From Sphagnum compactum (lineage: Eukaryota), in NCBI GenBank assembly GCA_965153455.1, contig OZ234493.1, positions 14,684,213 to 14,748,212 on the forward strand: a stretch of DNA of 64,000 bases, in the 5' to 3' direction. Shown in pieces: positions 12,301 through 25,805 of the stretch; the first letter of the stretch is position 1, and each line of letters begins with the position of its first letter. A model generated the notes under the pieces. The model made no database searches, had not been told where the DNA came from, and worked only from the letters and a program-made list of their open reading frames with translations. Made by a program: the position numbers and the translations under genes.

Positions 12301-14927
12301 TCTCTTTCTACCTCTCCAATCTTAATGCTTTTGAAAAATTCTAATAGTCTATCTTTTTTTTCTTCTACCCTTTTCAACTAAAGTTGCCTATTTTTTAATC
12401 GTCTTTTTTGCCTTGTTCACACTCTCCTTCATTCTGCTTTCAAGGAAACTAAAAGATAAATAAATAAAATCAAAATGCAAAGGAGAATGAAAACTTTCAA
12501 TAGGAGGAAAAAAAAGGTGGTTTTTTTTTTAGGAGTTGGTACAACTGGAAAAATCATTTAAGAATGGTCTAATGCCCATTGGTGAATCATTAGATATCAA
12601 AATAACGTACCAAAATATTCAAAATATGGTGATCATTGATTAGGCACCACTTGAACAAAAAGGCACATGCTTTGGATCTTGAACTTTGGGTATTGATTCT
12701 AGAAGCATCCAATCAAAATCTTATTGGATTTTAGGGGGATTTCATCCAAGGCCCTATTGTTGGATGAAATTTCACCAAATTCGAAAAGAATACCTATGAC
12801 ACGAAAAAATGGGAAACTATGATCAACTTAACAAAGGGAGCACATTCATTGTGCTTGGAATCCATAGGATGCCCTAACTTCCTATTTGGGAAAGAAGATT
12901 TCAAACCCCGTTTTCCATCCGTGATATTACCCATGTCTTCTTTTTCGAGAAATCCTTACTAAATTGTTTTTTTGGCCCACCATGTCACATTAGCTCACAA
13001 TTCCACCACCTCCACAATTTAGTTTTCCTTGTCTTTTGCTAGATAAAAATACCCCAAACTATTGCATCAAATTTGACATCGTGTCCATAACCTTGCATTC
13101 AAACCATTCCAAAAACCTTGCAAAATTCTATAGTTCAATGTATTCTAGGGAATTATATAGTTCCATTAAAAAATTTGATTCCATGACAAGTTTATATTTA
13201 TTTAGGCTAGATGTTTGCTTACTTATAAAAGGGAAGGTAAACCATCATCTGTTCTTTGAAAAGGTTCAAACAATTTCCTAAAATTATCACATGGCAATTC
13301 ATTTAAGGTTATCTATTGCACTTTTGAAAATGGGTTGATGAACTATTCTCACCCCTGAATAATTTTGATGCCCCTCACTTTTGAATGGTTTATGATGGCA
13401 CATTAAAAAGCCTTCCATGTGGATCACTCAATGTCCAAGATAAAGTTAGGGGTTTAAGGTCAAATTGTCTCATTGAAGGTTGGTTGGACAACATCATTTT
13501 AATCTAGGATGCCCAAAAAACCTTAAAACCTTCCAAGCAATAATTATTATGAACAACTAGAGTTGTGAAAGGTCAAGGTTTAATAGTTTCCATACTTTTG
13601 TGAAAAGGCCAACAAAACTCCCTAGATGTATTTAAGATTTTAACCTCTTCAAGTTGCTCGAGGTTCTAAGCAATTGTTGTAAGTGTGTAACCAAAGACAA
13701 AAAACCCAAAGGAGAAAAATGGGGGAAAAAATTGAAACCAAGATTTTTTTAAAGCGTCATATAGTCTTAACCCAATTTAATCACCATTGGATGATTGTAA
13801 GAGTTTTCAGCCACCATGGGAAGTTGCACATGCATTTGGTCACTAGGTTCGGATAGTTGGTGATTGAAAAGTAAAATGGTTGTATGATGGTGATCAAAAT
13901 TATTGTAGACGTTTGATGCTAACCAAAATATGGAAAGGGTTTGTGATTGAAATCACACTATAGCAGTTCAATGGTCATTGAAATATCACCATAGTTGTCT
14001 AATGGTGACCAAATCAAAATATTTGGTTTCGGTCGCCAAGTAGGGTTTTTTTTTCAAAATTTTCAAATGTTGAACAATAGCATAAGTATGTGAAAATTAA
14101 CTATAATAATGTTTAAAGGTTCAAGTAAGAAAAACTTGAAAGAAAAATGATGGCTAAGGTGAATAACTTTTTATATCAACTTTTGGGGAATATCATTATG
14201 TTTTATTTACCAAAATGAACATTTTTTGCATTTTTAATGAAATTATGTTCTTTTATCATGGACATTATTCCTATTTAAGTTCATATTGTGTTGAAATAAT
14301 CATGTATATCATAAACATGAAGTTTTTAAAAGATGTCCTTGTATAACAAATCTTTTGGCATATTAATGACATCTAAAGCATATACTCCTTCAAATGCACA
14401 GGACGATATTTAACATTCGCACCTTTGTAATTCCAAGTTGCCAACACTCACTCCCCCTCCACAACTCGTTCGTTGTTGACATACAAAATCAATGGGATTT
14501 CCTTATACAATGTCCTTTTGCAATCGAGAGATATCCACATGATACACCCTTTTATTCTAACCTGAAAATACATGACATTTGCTCGCTCATAGTCCCATGT
14601 AAATATGGTGTTGTCATTTTGATTGTGATTGTCATGAAACGCAATGTTCAATTCAAGTTGGTTTTATCTCATGCCTTCATCTTGATTCCTTGACATGGTC
14701 GGTTATGCCTAAAACACAAGAATAACTTAAATTGTTGCAAAGGCCAAACATTTTTTTCCAAATGTATTGCACCAATTGTAAAAAGATAATTTAGGTCATA
14801 CACATCAAAGAAGAAAGGTTTCAAATTATGTTTTCAAACATGTATATACAAAAGATGACAATTGAAATCAATTTGATCACCATTAGATGGCCAAAATGAG
14901 TTGAAGACATTCCAACTATATTTAGAT

Positions 14928-15013
14928 GGTGATTGAAATTGATTTCAACCACCTAATGGTAATCGAAATTGATTCTGATCGCTCAATGGTGATTGAAATT
15001 GATTTTGGTCACC
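14928..15013. repeat. Three tandem 30-bp units, each a palindrome (consensus GGTGATTGAAAT-TG-ATTTCAATCACC)
   Basis: Units start at 14928, 14958 and 14988. Looser half-sites occur at 13860-14040 and 14860-15170. Confidence 0.8.
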
Positions 15014-15318
15014 TTGAAACATGTTTAGGGCTTAGGATGGTCATCAAAATATGTATGGTTGCCATCAAATTGGATTAGGCAACAAAAGGCGACTGAACCT
15101 ATTTCAATTACCATTGATGATTTGCTATGCTTTTCATGTCATGGCCACTGAATGACAACTAAGTGGTTTCAATTGTTGTGTAATCTTGGTTAGTTGTTCA
15201 AGATTGTGGTTGAAATCCAATTCTTCTAAGTAATCAATGTTGATTGTAACTAGTACTAATTCAAGCCCACACTTAAATCATTTCAAGTTGATGGAAAACG
15301 ACATGATGTAAAATTTGA

Positions 15319-18300
15319 CACTAGAAGAAAAAGGCCAATATGTGACCAGTGCATTTACAACCACTTGCGACTATTTAGTTTTTGTAACAAAAGTTTTGCC
15401 CTTTACGACCAATGTGACATCATGCTAACATCAATTAAATCACCTATGACTAGCTTGCAACTAATCTATGACTAAAATGGTTTAAATCTATATATGGGTT
15501 GGATTTATCATCCAATAGTAACCATTTGAAGTCCATTTGTCACAAGCAAATTGATGTTTAGTTGTAATCAACATATGTTTATATATATCAATTATAAGAA
15601 TTATTTGATTTATGATTAAACTTAATATTCATTGTATTTTTTATTGTAAATTAATATATAATAATTATAAAATCATAATAATTACTTTATTTATACATTA
15701 ATTATAATAGACACATAATTTATAATTCAGTTTAATTATCCATAATTTTAATTAATATTTTTAAAATTTTAAATATTGCAACTATAATTAAATGAATTAA
15801 TTTAATTTTTATAATTGTAAGAATTACATTCCAGTATACTAGAATATTTAATTATGTACTCACAATATATAATTATTATTAGGCCATAAAATTTAGAATT
15901 ATTTTACTGCAAATTTAAAATAATAATAAAATATTTTACTTATTATTTATTACTATTTATATAAAATGAATAAATAATACTACAACATAAATTTGCACAT
16001 TAATGAAAATGATAGTTCTTAATCATAAAAAATAACTATTGTATTTATAACACTTTATGTTTTAATAATAATAATAATAATAATAAATTGTATTATAATT
16101 GAGAAGTTATGTCCTATAGTTAAGATTTTTATTTCAGAATTTTATAATAATTTAAAAATAATTAGCTAAGTTGCTGTAATTATGGTTTTTTTTTTTAAAT
16201 TAAAAAAATTATATATATTACTCATTATTTACTTATTTATAGTAAATTTTCAATATAAAAAACTATAATAATAATAATAATAATTTTATAGTGACATAAA
16301 ATTATTAAATTTATTAAATTTATTTGTAAGTTAGAATTAAAATACTTGAATAATTAATTTATAATTATATTTCATAGATTATAAATTTAGTTCTTATTTA
16401 AGTTCCTAAAATAATCATAATTAAAATAAAATAATTAAGGTTATGACCATAACTACATGGATTTTAATACAATAAATTAAAATATTTATTTCTTGTAACT
16501 ATTTGGTCATGATATATCATTTTTATAAATAATTGTAACTGATTATATTTATTAATTATAAGTTACACCAAATAATTATTGTTACAATATAAGTTTTTAT
16601 ATTATATAATTTATATTCTTACAATAAAATAAATCAATTATTGTTATTAATGTTACATTACTTTAAAATAATTTTAATTATTTCAGATGTCGATTAATTA
16701 TAGTAATTTCAGAATTATTTTCTAATTGAACATAATTATTTTCACAATCTGTATTTATAACTTTAAATCTGAGTTAAAATTTTGGAAATTTTATAATGTA
16801 GCTAAATATTGTAATGACTATAATTGCAAGAATTATTATACAACTTTTTTTTAATAAAAAAATTTATAATTACCTATTTAAGATAAATATTTTATAGTAA
16901 TATCATAGTAATTAAAAAATATTAATATATGTTCAGCATATTATTGTATTCATAGTTATTAATTATCAATGGAAAAAACTTTACTTTATTTATAATTTTT
17001 TTTACAATAATAAATGTAATTATATAGTAATTACAGTAATTTGTTTAATGTTACTTTTACAATAAATAATTTGTGTAGGAATTAATTTTCTGATAGCAAT
17101 TATTATTTAACTTATTTTTAATTTGAAAATAAATATTCATAGTAGTTATTTTAAAGTATTATAATTAAAAAATTTACATTAATTATATTATCTATAATTT
17201 GACTAGATTTGAAAAAGTAAGGAAACATTTTAAAATATTTAAGTTATTTCTTTATCTATGAATTATGTATTGACAAGTTGTGAGTAACTAGATAGGTAGT
17301 TAGTTGAATATTAAAAAATTATGAGTTATTTAAATAGTTGATAATGAATATTTAAAATTTGTAGTGTATAGTTTATATTGTAAATATATGTTAAATTTAA
17401 TCATTATTAGTTAAATGATTATATAATTATCTAATGAGGCATGTACTTGAATTGTTTAGAAATCTAAAAATTGAGAAAAAAGGCATGAGGAAAGTTTTGA
17501 AGTTACAATTTAGTTTGTGAGGAAGTTGCAACTTCAAAATTTATCTCATATTGTTTGTTTTTCATTCTTAGTTTGAACATTATGTAAACGAGTGGTTGGT
17601 AACCCGTGGCTACGCCACTCCAGCCACCCCCAAGAAAAGGAGGGAGGACCCAAAAAAACGAAAAAAAAAAAAAAAAAAAAAACACCTCCTTTCACTCCCC
17701 TGTCCGGTCCTTTCCCGCCCGTCCCCCCCCTGCTGGCCCCCCCCCCCCACCTGTGCTGCCCCGCCCCTGCTGGCCCCCCCCTGCTGCCCCCCCCCTGCTG
17801 GCCCGCCCCACCCCTGCTAGCCCCCCCCCCTGCTGCCGCTCAGTAACTTCCTAACTGCCGCTCAGTAAAAAGTAACTTAGGTAAATTAGGTAACTTCGAA
17901 AAGGTAAAAACGGACAGACGCACGCACGCATGCACACCATGTTTGTAATTATATATAAGATAAGGGGTGTGGTCATCCAATTTCACATTAGAAAATGTGT
18001 GCACATGGGATGAACCACTCAAAAGGTTTAACCCAAAACAAAAAGAAAAGTTATGCATAATTTAAACTACCTACTTCCCCAACCTACTTATCTACCTAGT
18101 TAAGTAGGTGCTTAGTTTGACCTATCCACTTAGGTTGACCTATGTATTTACTTACTTAAGTACCTACCTATATGAATAGGTATTTAACGTAAGAAGGTAG
18201 ATTCTACCTACCTACCTTTTTACCTAAGTAAGTAGGTAAGTGTTTAATCTAAGTTTGTAAACACCTACTTATGTATTTACCTAGGTATCTACCAACCTAA

Positions 18301-18715
18301 TATTAATATTTTGTATTAAAGTCATTTAAAATGCTACGTGGCATATTTACATTTGGCCATGTGTCATAATATAATTCATCCAAACATGGGAATTGAAGGT
18401 CCCAGATTATTTCAAAATAATAATATTATATATTTCAAATAAATAAAAATTGGAACACATGGTAGCACACCATTTGCCTTCAATAATGACCAAAATAGTC
18501 ACATCTTAGTCACATGTGACAATACATATATAATGGAGTCAAAAGATGAACTTGTATTTGTTGATTTTTTCGTTCATCCAATACCCTTGTCGTTTGCAAC
18601 TAATAATATCACATGTGACTTGTCCAAGGCGAAAGGGGATTTTAGTTGCTAATGTTGCTTGCGACTAAAATTTAGTTGTAGAAACTAGTAAAAAATATGT
18701 GTTTTTCTTCTAGTG
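15319..18715. mobile_element. Non-autonomous CACTA (En/Spm) element, 3397 bp
   Basis: Perfect 14-bp TIR CACTAGAAGAAAAA / TTTTTCTTCTAGTG, 3-bp TSD TGA (15316-18 and 18716-18), GCAACTA/GCGACTA-type subterminal repeats and an extremely AT-rich core. Confidence 0.95.
17589..17960 (-). mobile_element. Young non-autonomous Helitron, 372 bp
   Basis: The minus strand begins A|TCTTATATATAA and ends with the hairpin GTGGC-GTA-GCCAC followed by ...CCACTCG|T. It sits between A and T without a TSD. It is GC/CpG-rich, unlike its host, and the homologous region at ~20230-20460 lacks it. Confidence 0.85.
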
Positions 18716-18718
18716 TGA

Positions 18719-19195
18719 GGCCCTTAAAAATGTAATTGTGTTAGCATATGATGAATGATAAAACATGCCCCAACCATGGATACACATTGTGTTCCACCTA
18801 TGTGTGGTGGTGCCATGTTGATAAGAAATGGCCAACAATTCGACATGAAATTCATTATAAAAATAATGCCCCCCAATTTACAAGTTATTAAGACGCATGA
18901 ATGAAAGCACATATACGGGTCCATGGACATTGTTCATCTTAGAACCATCCTTGTCAAACTCCACTTTCAAGCCCTTTAATCATATATGGTATGATCATAA
19001 GCACTCAATGCAGCATGTTGCAAGTGCACATGGTAATGACAAGGAACCCAATCTTTGGGGGAAAATTAGATGCCTTTGATTATGACATAAATGGTGTATT
19101 CAAAGGTGGTGTTTGGGTTCAAGTTGATTAGAGGACCATTCTAAGCAGTCAAAGGACCAATGTTCATCTATATCAAACACAAGTGGCTCCACCAC
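18719..19195 (+). pseudogene. Middle fragment of a decayed ORF interrupted by CACTA insertions
   Basis: The frame continues across the 19196-20999 insertion (...VHLYQTQVAPP|HLAIAPQPIPL...). Confidence 0.55.
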
Positions 19196-20999
19196 CACTA
19201 TGAGAAATCTTGTCCACCATAACCACAATACCTTGCAACTATATTTCTAAAACAAAAAATATACGACTACATTACAACTAAAGCATGGAAATTTAGACAA
19301 TTAATAAATAAAATGCCATGTTAGAAAATTAAGAAGTTGTATTGTAGTTACAACTTAGTTTCAAATGGGATACTTATATGATGTAATGTACACATCATAC
19401 ATATGACATACAATTAGTCATGTTTCACTTTTTAATGAGTTGCATCTTATTTGTGTGTGGCAACTACATAATAATTGGGTGTAAATGTAACACCCAATCA
19501 ACAACTATGCAACTATTGTACAACATTGACACATACAATCATGCCATGTGTACACATTTCCATCGCCCATTATGTACAAGACACTTACAACTAGTTTTCA
19601 ATTATAATTCCCATTGATACAATGAATTGTGCTATTATGTTAACATTATGTTACCACTATAAAAATATTATTTTTCCACTATTTTATGATTTTTTAAAAT
19701 GTTAATAAGTTAATAACTAAAACATTCATATTTAATCCTTAAAATCTAATAATGAATTCAATTTTAATACCTTATTAACTATTACATATTAATAAATATT
19801 TAGTTTACTTAATTATTCTAATACAATTAATTAGAAAAAATAATTAACTATTAATCTGAGTTGATAATTTTAATTATATAATTAATTCATTTAGACAATT
19901 AATTAAATATTTTAAAGTCAGATAATAAATGACCAATTATTTGAATTTGGATAATTATTTATTTGAAATAGTTAGTTACTTAATTCAAATAATTAATTAT
20001 CTGAAATTAATGATTTAAACTGACTAACTAGTTAATTAGCTAAATAAAATATTAATCCGAATAAATATTTTAGATAATTAATTTTGGGAATCCATAGATT
20101 TAGCTAATTATTTGACTATTTCAGATGATTAATTATTGATAATTAATTAACATATTTAATTATCACATAATTACATATTTAGTTGTATAATTTACAAATT
20201 TAAAAACAAGCACACAAAATGTGGGAGCATCTATTTTTTAGTTGCAATCTAATTTGCAACTAATGTGCAAATAAAATATTCAACCCATACGTTTTGTCTT
20301 CAAATCTCATGTCACAAATTATATAAAGAACTTGGTGTTTTTTTTTGGTGTGCTAACATTAAAATACATGTGTCAATTTGGGATGAGTTCAAAAAAACTA
20401 AACCTTGAACGCAAAACATAAATTTTAAAAAACAATTACCTAGTTATACTTTAATTCATTTACCTTTCTACTTTCCTATTTCTTTGCCTACCTAGGTAGG
20501 CAAGTAGGTATGTAGTGTAGGTAGGTAGGTCACATGTACATTAGGTATGTAAGTATGTCCTACCTACTTATCCTTATGTCTTAACCTACCTACCTACTTA
20601 AATATATATCTATTTATTTATTTTCAAAATCCAATTAATATTCCAAATGGCATCTTTGATTATGTCACATGTCACAGGCTAAAACCATATAAAATAAATA
20701 ATCATAATTGATGGTGGAAATCACTCAAAAATCCCCATAATGCCATGTGTTAAATTTTGATGGATCAATGAAACTTGTATGATGTTAGCACATTGGTAGT
20801 TGCAAACTAGTTGCATTAGGATTGCACATTAGTTGTTCCTAGAAAGTTGTAATTAAATTGCCCGAGTTGCATATGTATACAATTTCACATTTAGTGAGTT
20901 GCATCCATTGTAACTCATGCAACTTGTTTAATAACATTCACACTTGTAGAAATACAGTAAGTTGCAATGAATTACAAATCACCCCATTTTTTCATAGTG
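19196..20999. mobile_element. Non-autonomous CACTA element, 1804 bp
   Basis: TIR CACTATGAGAAA / TTTTTCATAGTG, TSD CAC (19193-95 and 21000-02), and GCAACTA/TAGTTGC subterminal repeats. Confidence 0.92.
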
Positions 21000-21002
21000 C
21001 AC

Positions 21003-21600
21003 ATCTTGCAATTGCTCCTCAACCAATACCATTAATGTCAATTAATGCACCCTTGTCAATGGTGGTCATGGAACCACATGGTAATTTTTCCCATGGTTCT
21101 CGACCAAATTGTTGAACACCCATTGAAGCAAAGTCTCCTTTTTTCATGTGGGCCAACATTTCTGTCAAGTTTAAACATAGATGAAGCCACAAGTGGAGAC
21201 CTAAAAGCCTAGGAGCAAATGGAGGTGAATTTGGAGGTTGTGGTTGAAATTGTATCATATGATCCATTTGACATGAGAGTTCACCAAACAGGGCACAAAT
21301 AAAGGGCAAACACACTTAAGCCACTTTTATATCCTAAGGAGGCAAACATGAGGGCTAATATTGTAAAACATGCCTTTGAGGCACTACAAGGGGAATTGGG
21401 GACAATGTAGGCCACATTATATGAAGTGGAGTTGGAATGCAACGTGTGCATGAACAATTGGGCACAATGCAAAAAAGGATTGAGGTTTAAAAATGTGAGG
21501 CTACCAAGAAACAATAAACATTAATGGAAGTAGGAACACGAGGTAATTGAGGAGAAAAAGGAACATTCCATGGGGGACATTGAATACTACTTGTGAAGTA
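21003..21600 (+). pseudogene. 3' fragment of the same decayed ORF, Pro-rich then coiled-coil-like (…KEANMRANIVKHAFEALQGELGTM*ATLYEVELE…HEQLGTMQKRIEV…)
   Basis: Protein-like translation with scattered stops, in frame with the 19.1-kb fragment. Confidence 0.5.
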
Positions 21601-22424
21601 GTTTTTTTTGCACACCTCATCTTTCAATTTTAGGAGGTGAAATTCCTTACAAAGTTACTATAATTGAATGATTCAATATAGGCCTAGAACAATGGATTGC
21701 ATTTGTAATCCAACAAATTTCATATGAATGTAAGAAGAAATTTAATTAATTTAATGAGAATTGAACTTAAATGCTTAAATTGAAGGGTTGAATCAAGATT
21801 TGGAAGAATGCACATCCTTGTACGTTCCATTTGGAGATGGAAGGTTGCTTGACCCCCCTTCCTTCAATGGCTATAGACTCCATTTTAGACATCCGATTGC
21901 GTTGATCTTGATTAGGTTTAAAAGTTGGAAGCAAGGTGTTCAAATTTCCAATTTGCACAACCTCAATTTTTTTACTCAAGCAATTGACCCTTAAAGTTGC
22001 TAGATCAAAACATGATTATAGTAAACCCTTAGTCATTTAAATCTCATTGTGGGCAATTTTTTCACCCAAATTTAGCAAGTTTAGGCTTGTTGGAAAGTTA
22101 TCAACCAGGTGTTTCACCATTGAAAGTCTCAAGATCTACATTTTAATAATGACCAAGATATACTAGAAAAAAAAGAGGTAGTTGGAAAACAAAAACTTCC
22201 AAAGTACAAATCTTTTACTTATGAAATGGAAGCCTTAAATGATGGTTCACAATGCATTTCCATGGCATAATTAACATGTATGAGTATTCTATCACCAACT
22301 AATTTCACAAGAGCCACCTTTTTAAGGAAAAAAATGTTCTTAAAAAATCTCTTAAAGCCCCAAAAACACACTTTTAAGATGATGACACAAAGGGAAGGGG
22401 AAAAATACCAAAACCTGATGGGTA

Positions 22425-22546
22425 ATGGGAAGGAAAAGGGGAAAGATCATGTGCTTGATGGGTAATGGAAGGTTCCAACTTAATGGTCAATGGGAAGGAA
22501 AAGGGCAAAAATCTCATGTTTGGTGGGCAATGGAAGGTTCCACTTT
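22425..22546 (+). repeat. Tandem duplication of a ~65-bp purine-rich unit (AATGGGAAGGAAAAGGG...AATGGAAGGTTCCA)
   Basis: Two directly visible diverged copies. Confidence 0.75.
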
Positions 22547-24650
22547 CATCGATCTCCTTCATCTAATCACCGTTTCCTATTACCGAATTGTTAATTTCCC
22601 TTGTTCATTTTGATCTAGCATCACAAACTTATAATATCACAAAATTTCAATAGAATTATTGTGAAAATCATAAAACAATATGTCCATGTAACATTTTTGA
22701 GCTTCAAAGTGTAAAAATGACACAAAAATATACATATTACTTTTATATAAATGATATGTCTTTTCTACTTGTGATGTTTTGATGTGAAATAAATATGATT
22801 TACATTTTAACTAAATCCATGCAATTTATCATGATGTAATTTGGATAAAACTATGAGCTTTCTATGTATTAAACATGAACATTCACATATGTCATTCAAA
22901 AACAATATCTTATCTATTTGAATATTTAAGATATTGAATATGTACAAATATCATTCATATTGACCACATCATGGAATTTGAGCAATTTTGGTATGAACTT
23001 ATGAAACTTGGTAAGTTTGTGATGAAGGCATATCATTCATTATCAATCTAACTGTTGTAGTTATTTGGTGTAGTGTTTTGTCCATGTTCCATATTTAAGA
23101 ATGAATTGTTGCCCATCATCATGTACATTTGGTTGCTTCACCTTGTGAAATTTTCGTTGATAAACTTCTTTTTCAAGGCGGCACAAAATATTGGTTCCAA
23201 TTCATAAAAACCTCAAATCGCACAAATGGCCAAACAACTTTAAAAAGCCTCTTTATAATTAAGTTTATTTCAATTTCTAAACCCTTGGAATGAGTTGTTC
23301 GTGGGTGAAAGCAAGGTAAAGTAGATGATTCACTACTTTGTGTCAAAAAAAATTACCAATAACCATAAAAAAACTTTGATATATTAAAAATAGAAATATA
23401 GAATGACTAATATGATGATAATTTCATTTTATGATTGTGATGTTGAAAAATCCCATTTTGAAAATAGATTTAAGTAGATTTTTTTAAATGCATTTACTTG
23501 CACAAGATTTTCAATCTTACAAAATGAGTTACAAGTAAATGAAATATTGATTTAAAAAAGAATTCAAGCTAATGAAAACTTGAAAGACATTTATGTAAAT
23601 TATGCATGTCGTAATCATAATATTTCAAAATTTCAATGTGAAGTAGGTTTGAACACCATATTGACAAATCATTTTTAAAATTACTTTTAATCTACTTTTA
23701 TTATACCAAAATTGTTCAAATTTTGTAACTTACCATAAATAAAAACCATTATTGAAAATTCCTATTTTACTACTTTGAATGGTGAACATTAATGTTGTCT
23801 TTGAATTTCTTGCAATGCTTTTGGCATATGCATCATGAACTCCTATAACGTGGATTTAAGGCTCAATTGGCTACTTTTGTGAATTGTTTAATTCTATTGC
23901 GTTGCAAACAATTTTGTATCTTGTCTATTATCATTCATAAGAGTGCCTACAAATCACTAGATATTACTAAAGACATTTACTACTTTTTGGACATAGGACT
24001 TTGTTTTTGTTATTTTCCAAATACATAATTTACATGGAATAAATTTAAGTGCAAAATATTGGATGATTCAAATTATGTTAATTTTCATGGTGGTGATGAT
24101 TTTTCACATGCATATGCAATTATGCATCAATATTTTGGTAAAAAACTAGAAATGTAGAAAATGAATACATAAGTTTTTATAGACGACTTGACATGTTTTC
24201 TTGGATGATATATTTCCTAACACATGTTGTCAATACTTGGGGCCACAAATTTTAAGCCTAGTGAATACAAAAAATTAACCAAATGGCAAAAGAAAGGAAT
24301 CATTTTCCTTGAAGCCTTTTCAAAATGGATTTTATAGCCTTCAAAATTCTTGTATCATAAATGTATGCATTATTTATTCATGAAAGAAAATTGAAATCAA
24401 TTGTATTATTTAATGCATTCCTTTTCATTCATTTAAAATGAAAATTGTAATCAAAACAAAGATTCAAATTATTTAAAGTGAATAAAAAATACATTTATAT
24501 TGCATTCAATTTATTCTTGATTTTTTAATATTAAATTAACATGACATCATTTTAGTTATAGGCATAAAGTAATAAATGTAATAAAAATCTAAAATGGTCT
24601 TTTGTAGTTTTTTTTTATTAGACCGTCCTTTTTAATACCCTAATTGTGAA

Positions 24651-24982
24651 TGTCCCCTACTATGGTTTTATGACGATGTGCAAAGCTAGGGATTGGTGTG
24701 ATGTGTTTTTGTTTTCTTTTGTGTGGATGGGAGGAATGCTAGTGATGCTAGTGCGCAATTTTGGTTATAAAAGGTGTTGCACTTCTTAAACTATACACAT
24801 TGGTTTTATCTCTATTTTTCTTTTTTGGTTGTTTTGTTGTTCTTGAGCAAATATGTTGCTAAATAAGGGAACATTGCCCAAGGTTTAGTATTTAGTGGCT
24901 TTGTTAAATTTTTTCCTTTTGATTTTCACTCATGTAAGAGTAAGTAGACAAAATGTTAATCACTATAAGAATTGTAGGGACA
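24651..24982 (+). mobile_element. Candidate LTR (332 bp)
   Basis: Inverted ends TGTCCCCTAC...GTAGGGACA and an internal TATAAAAG; no matching TSD. Confidence 0.45.
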
Positions 24983-25189
24983 TTTGATGGAGAGGATGAA
25001 AGGCTCTAGGGGATTGATAAGTTGGTCTGATTATGGTTTGTTTTACCTAGGTTCATTATACTTGGGTTGTGTTTGGGACCTATGTGCATGATAGGGTTAA
25101 ACCAAGTCTTTGCCAATGGATTGCACCATCAAAGATGTTCAATTTTTGTCAAGTTTTTAATTTCCCACGTTTATTTCACATCTCTAAAC

Positions 25190-25805
25190 ATAGTGGCTAA
25201 ATTTAAGTGATGATTAATGGCTAAACCTAATGGCTAAATCAAGTGGCTAAATATAATGGCTAAACCTAGGCAACAATTAATGACTAAATCTAGGCAAGAA
25301 CTAGTCACTAAACCTAATGGCTAAATCAAATGATTAAATTTAGTGGCTAAACTTAGGGGGTTTAATCTAATGGTTTAATATAGTGCCTAAATGTAGTGCA
25401 TAAATTTAGTTGATAAACCTAATGGCTAAATTTCATAACCAAACTTTGGTTAAACTTAGTGGCTAAATCTAAATCTAATGGCTAAAATTAATGGCTTAAT
25501 CTAGTGGATTTAAACATAATGATTAAAAGTTGGTTAAACCCAGTGGCTAAATCTAATGGTTAAACATAATGGTTTAAATTAATGTATGTTTAGTAAACAT
25601 AGTGGTTAAACCTAAGTTAAACCTAGTGGTTAAACTTAGGCTAAACCTAGTGACAAAATTTAATGGTTCAACTTATGTTAAATTTAGTGCCAAACCTAGT
25701 GGCTAAACATAGTGGCTACATTTAATGCCTAAACATAATGGCTAAAATTTGGTTAAACTTTGGGTAAACCTAGTGGCTACATACACCTAATGGTTAAACT
25801 TAGGT
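25190..25805. repeat. Degenerate minisatellite with a ~13-bp unit (TGGCTAAACCTAR), followed by TAGG repeats
   Basis: Dozens of GG(C/T)TAAA(C/T) units are visible. Confidence 0.9.

Larger units (their letters stand above)
10206..15232. mobile_element. Old CACTA element (~5 kb) with degenerate TIRs, carrying decayed ORF fragments
   Basis: Left end CAATAGAAGAAAT, right end AATTCTTCTAAGTA, and ATC on both flanks. It shares the AT-rich and TACC-repeat architecture of the other CACTAs. Confidence 0.5.

Noticed and set aside
14928..15013. Palindromic 30-bp repeats as CRISPR repeats
   Set aside because: The units are directly adjacent without spacers and are better explained as CACTA subterminal motifs
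17592..17854. Pro/Lys-rich ORFs in all three plus frames
   Set aside because: Artefact of poly-A and poly-C runs within the Helitron
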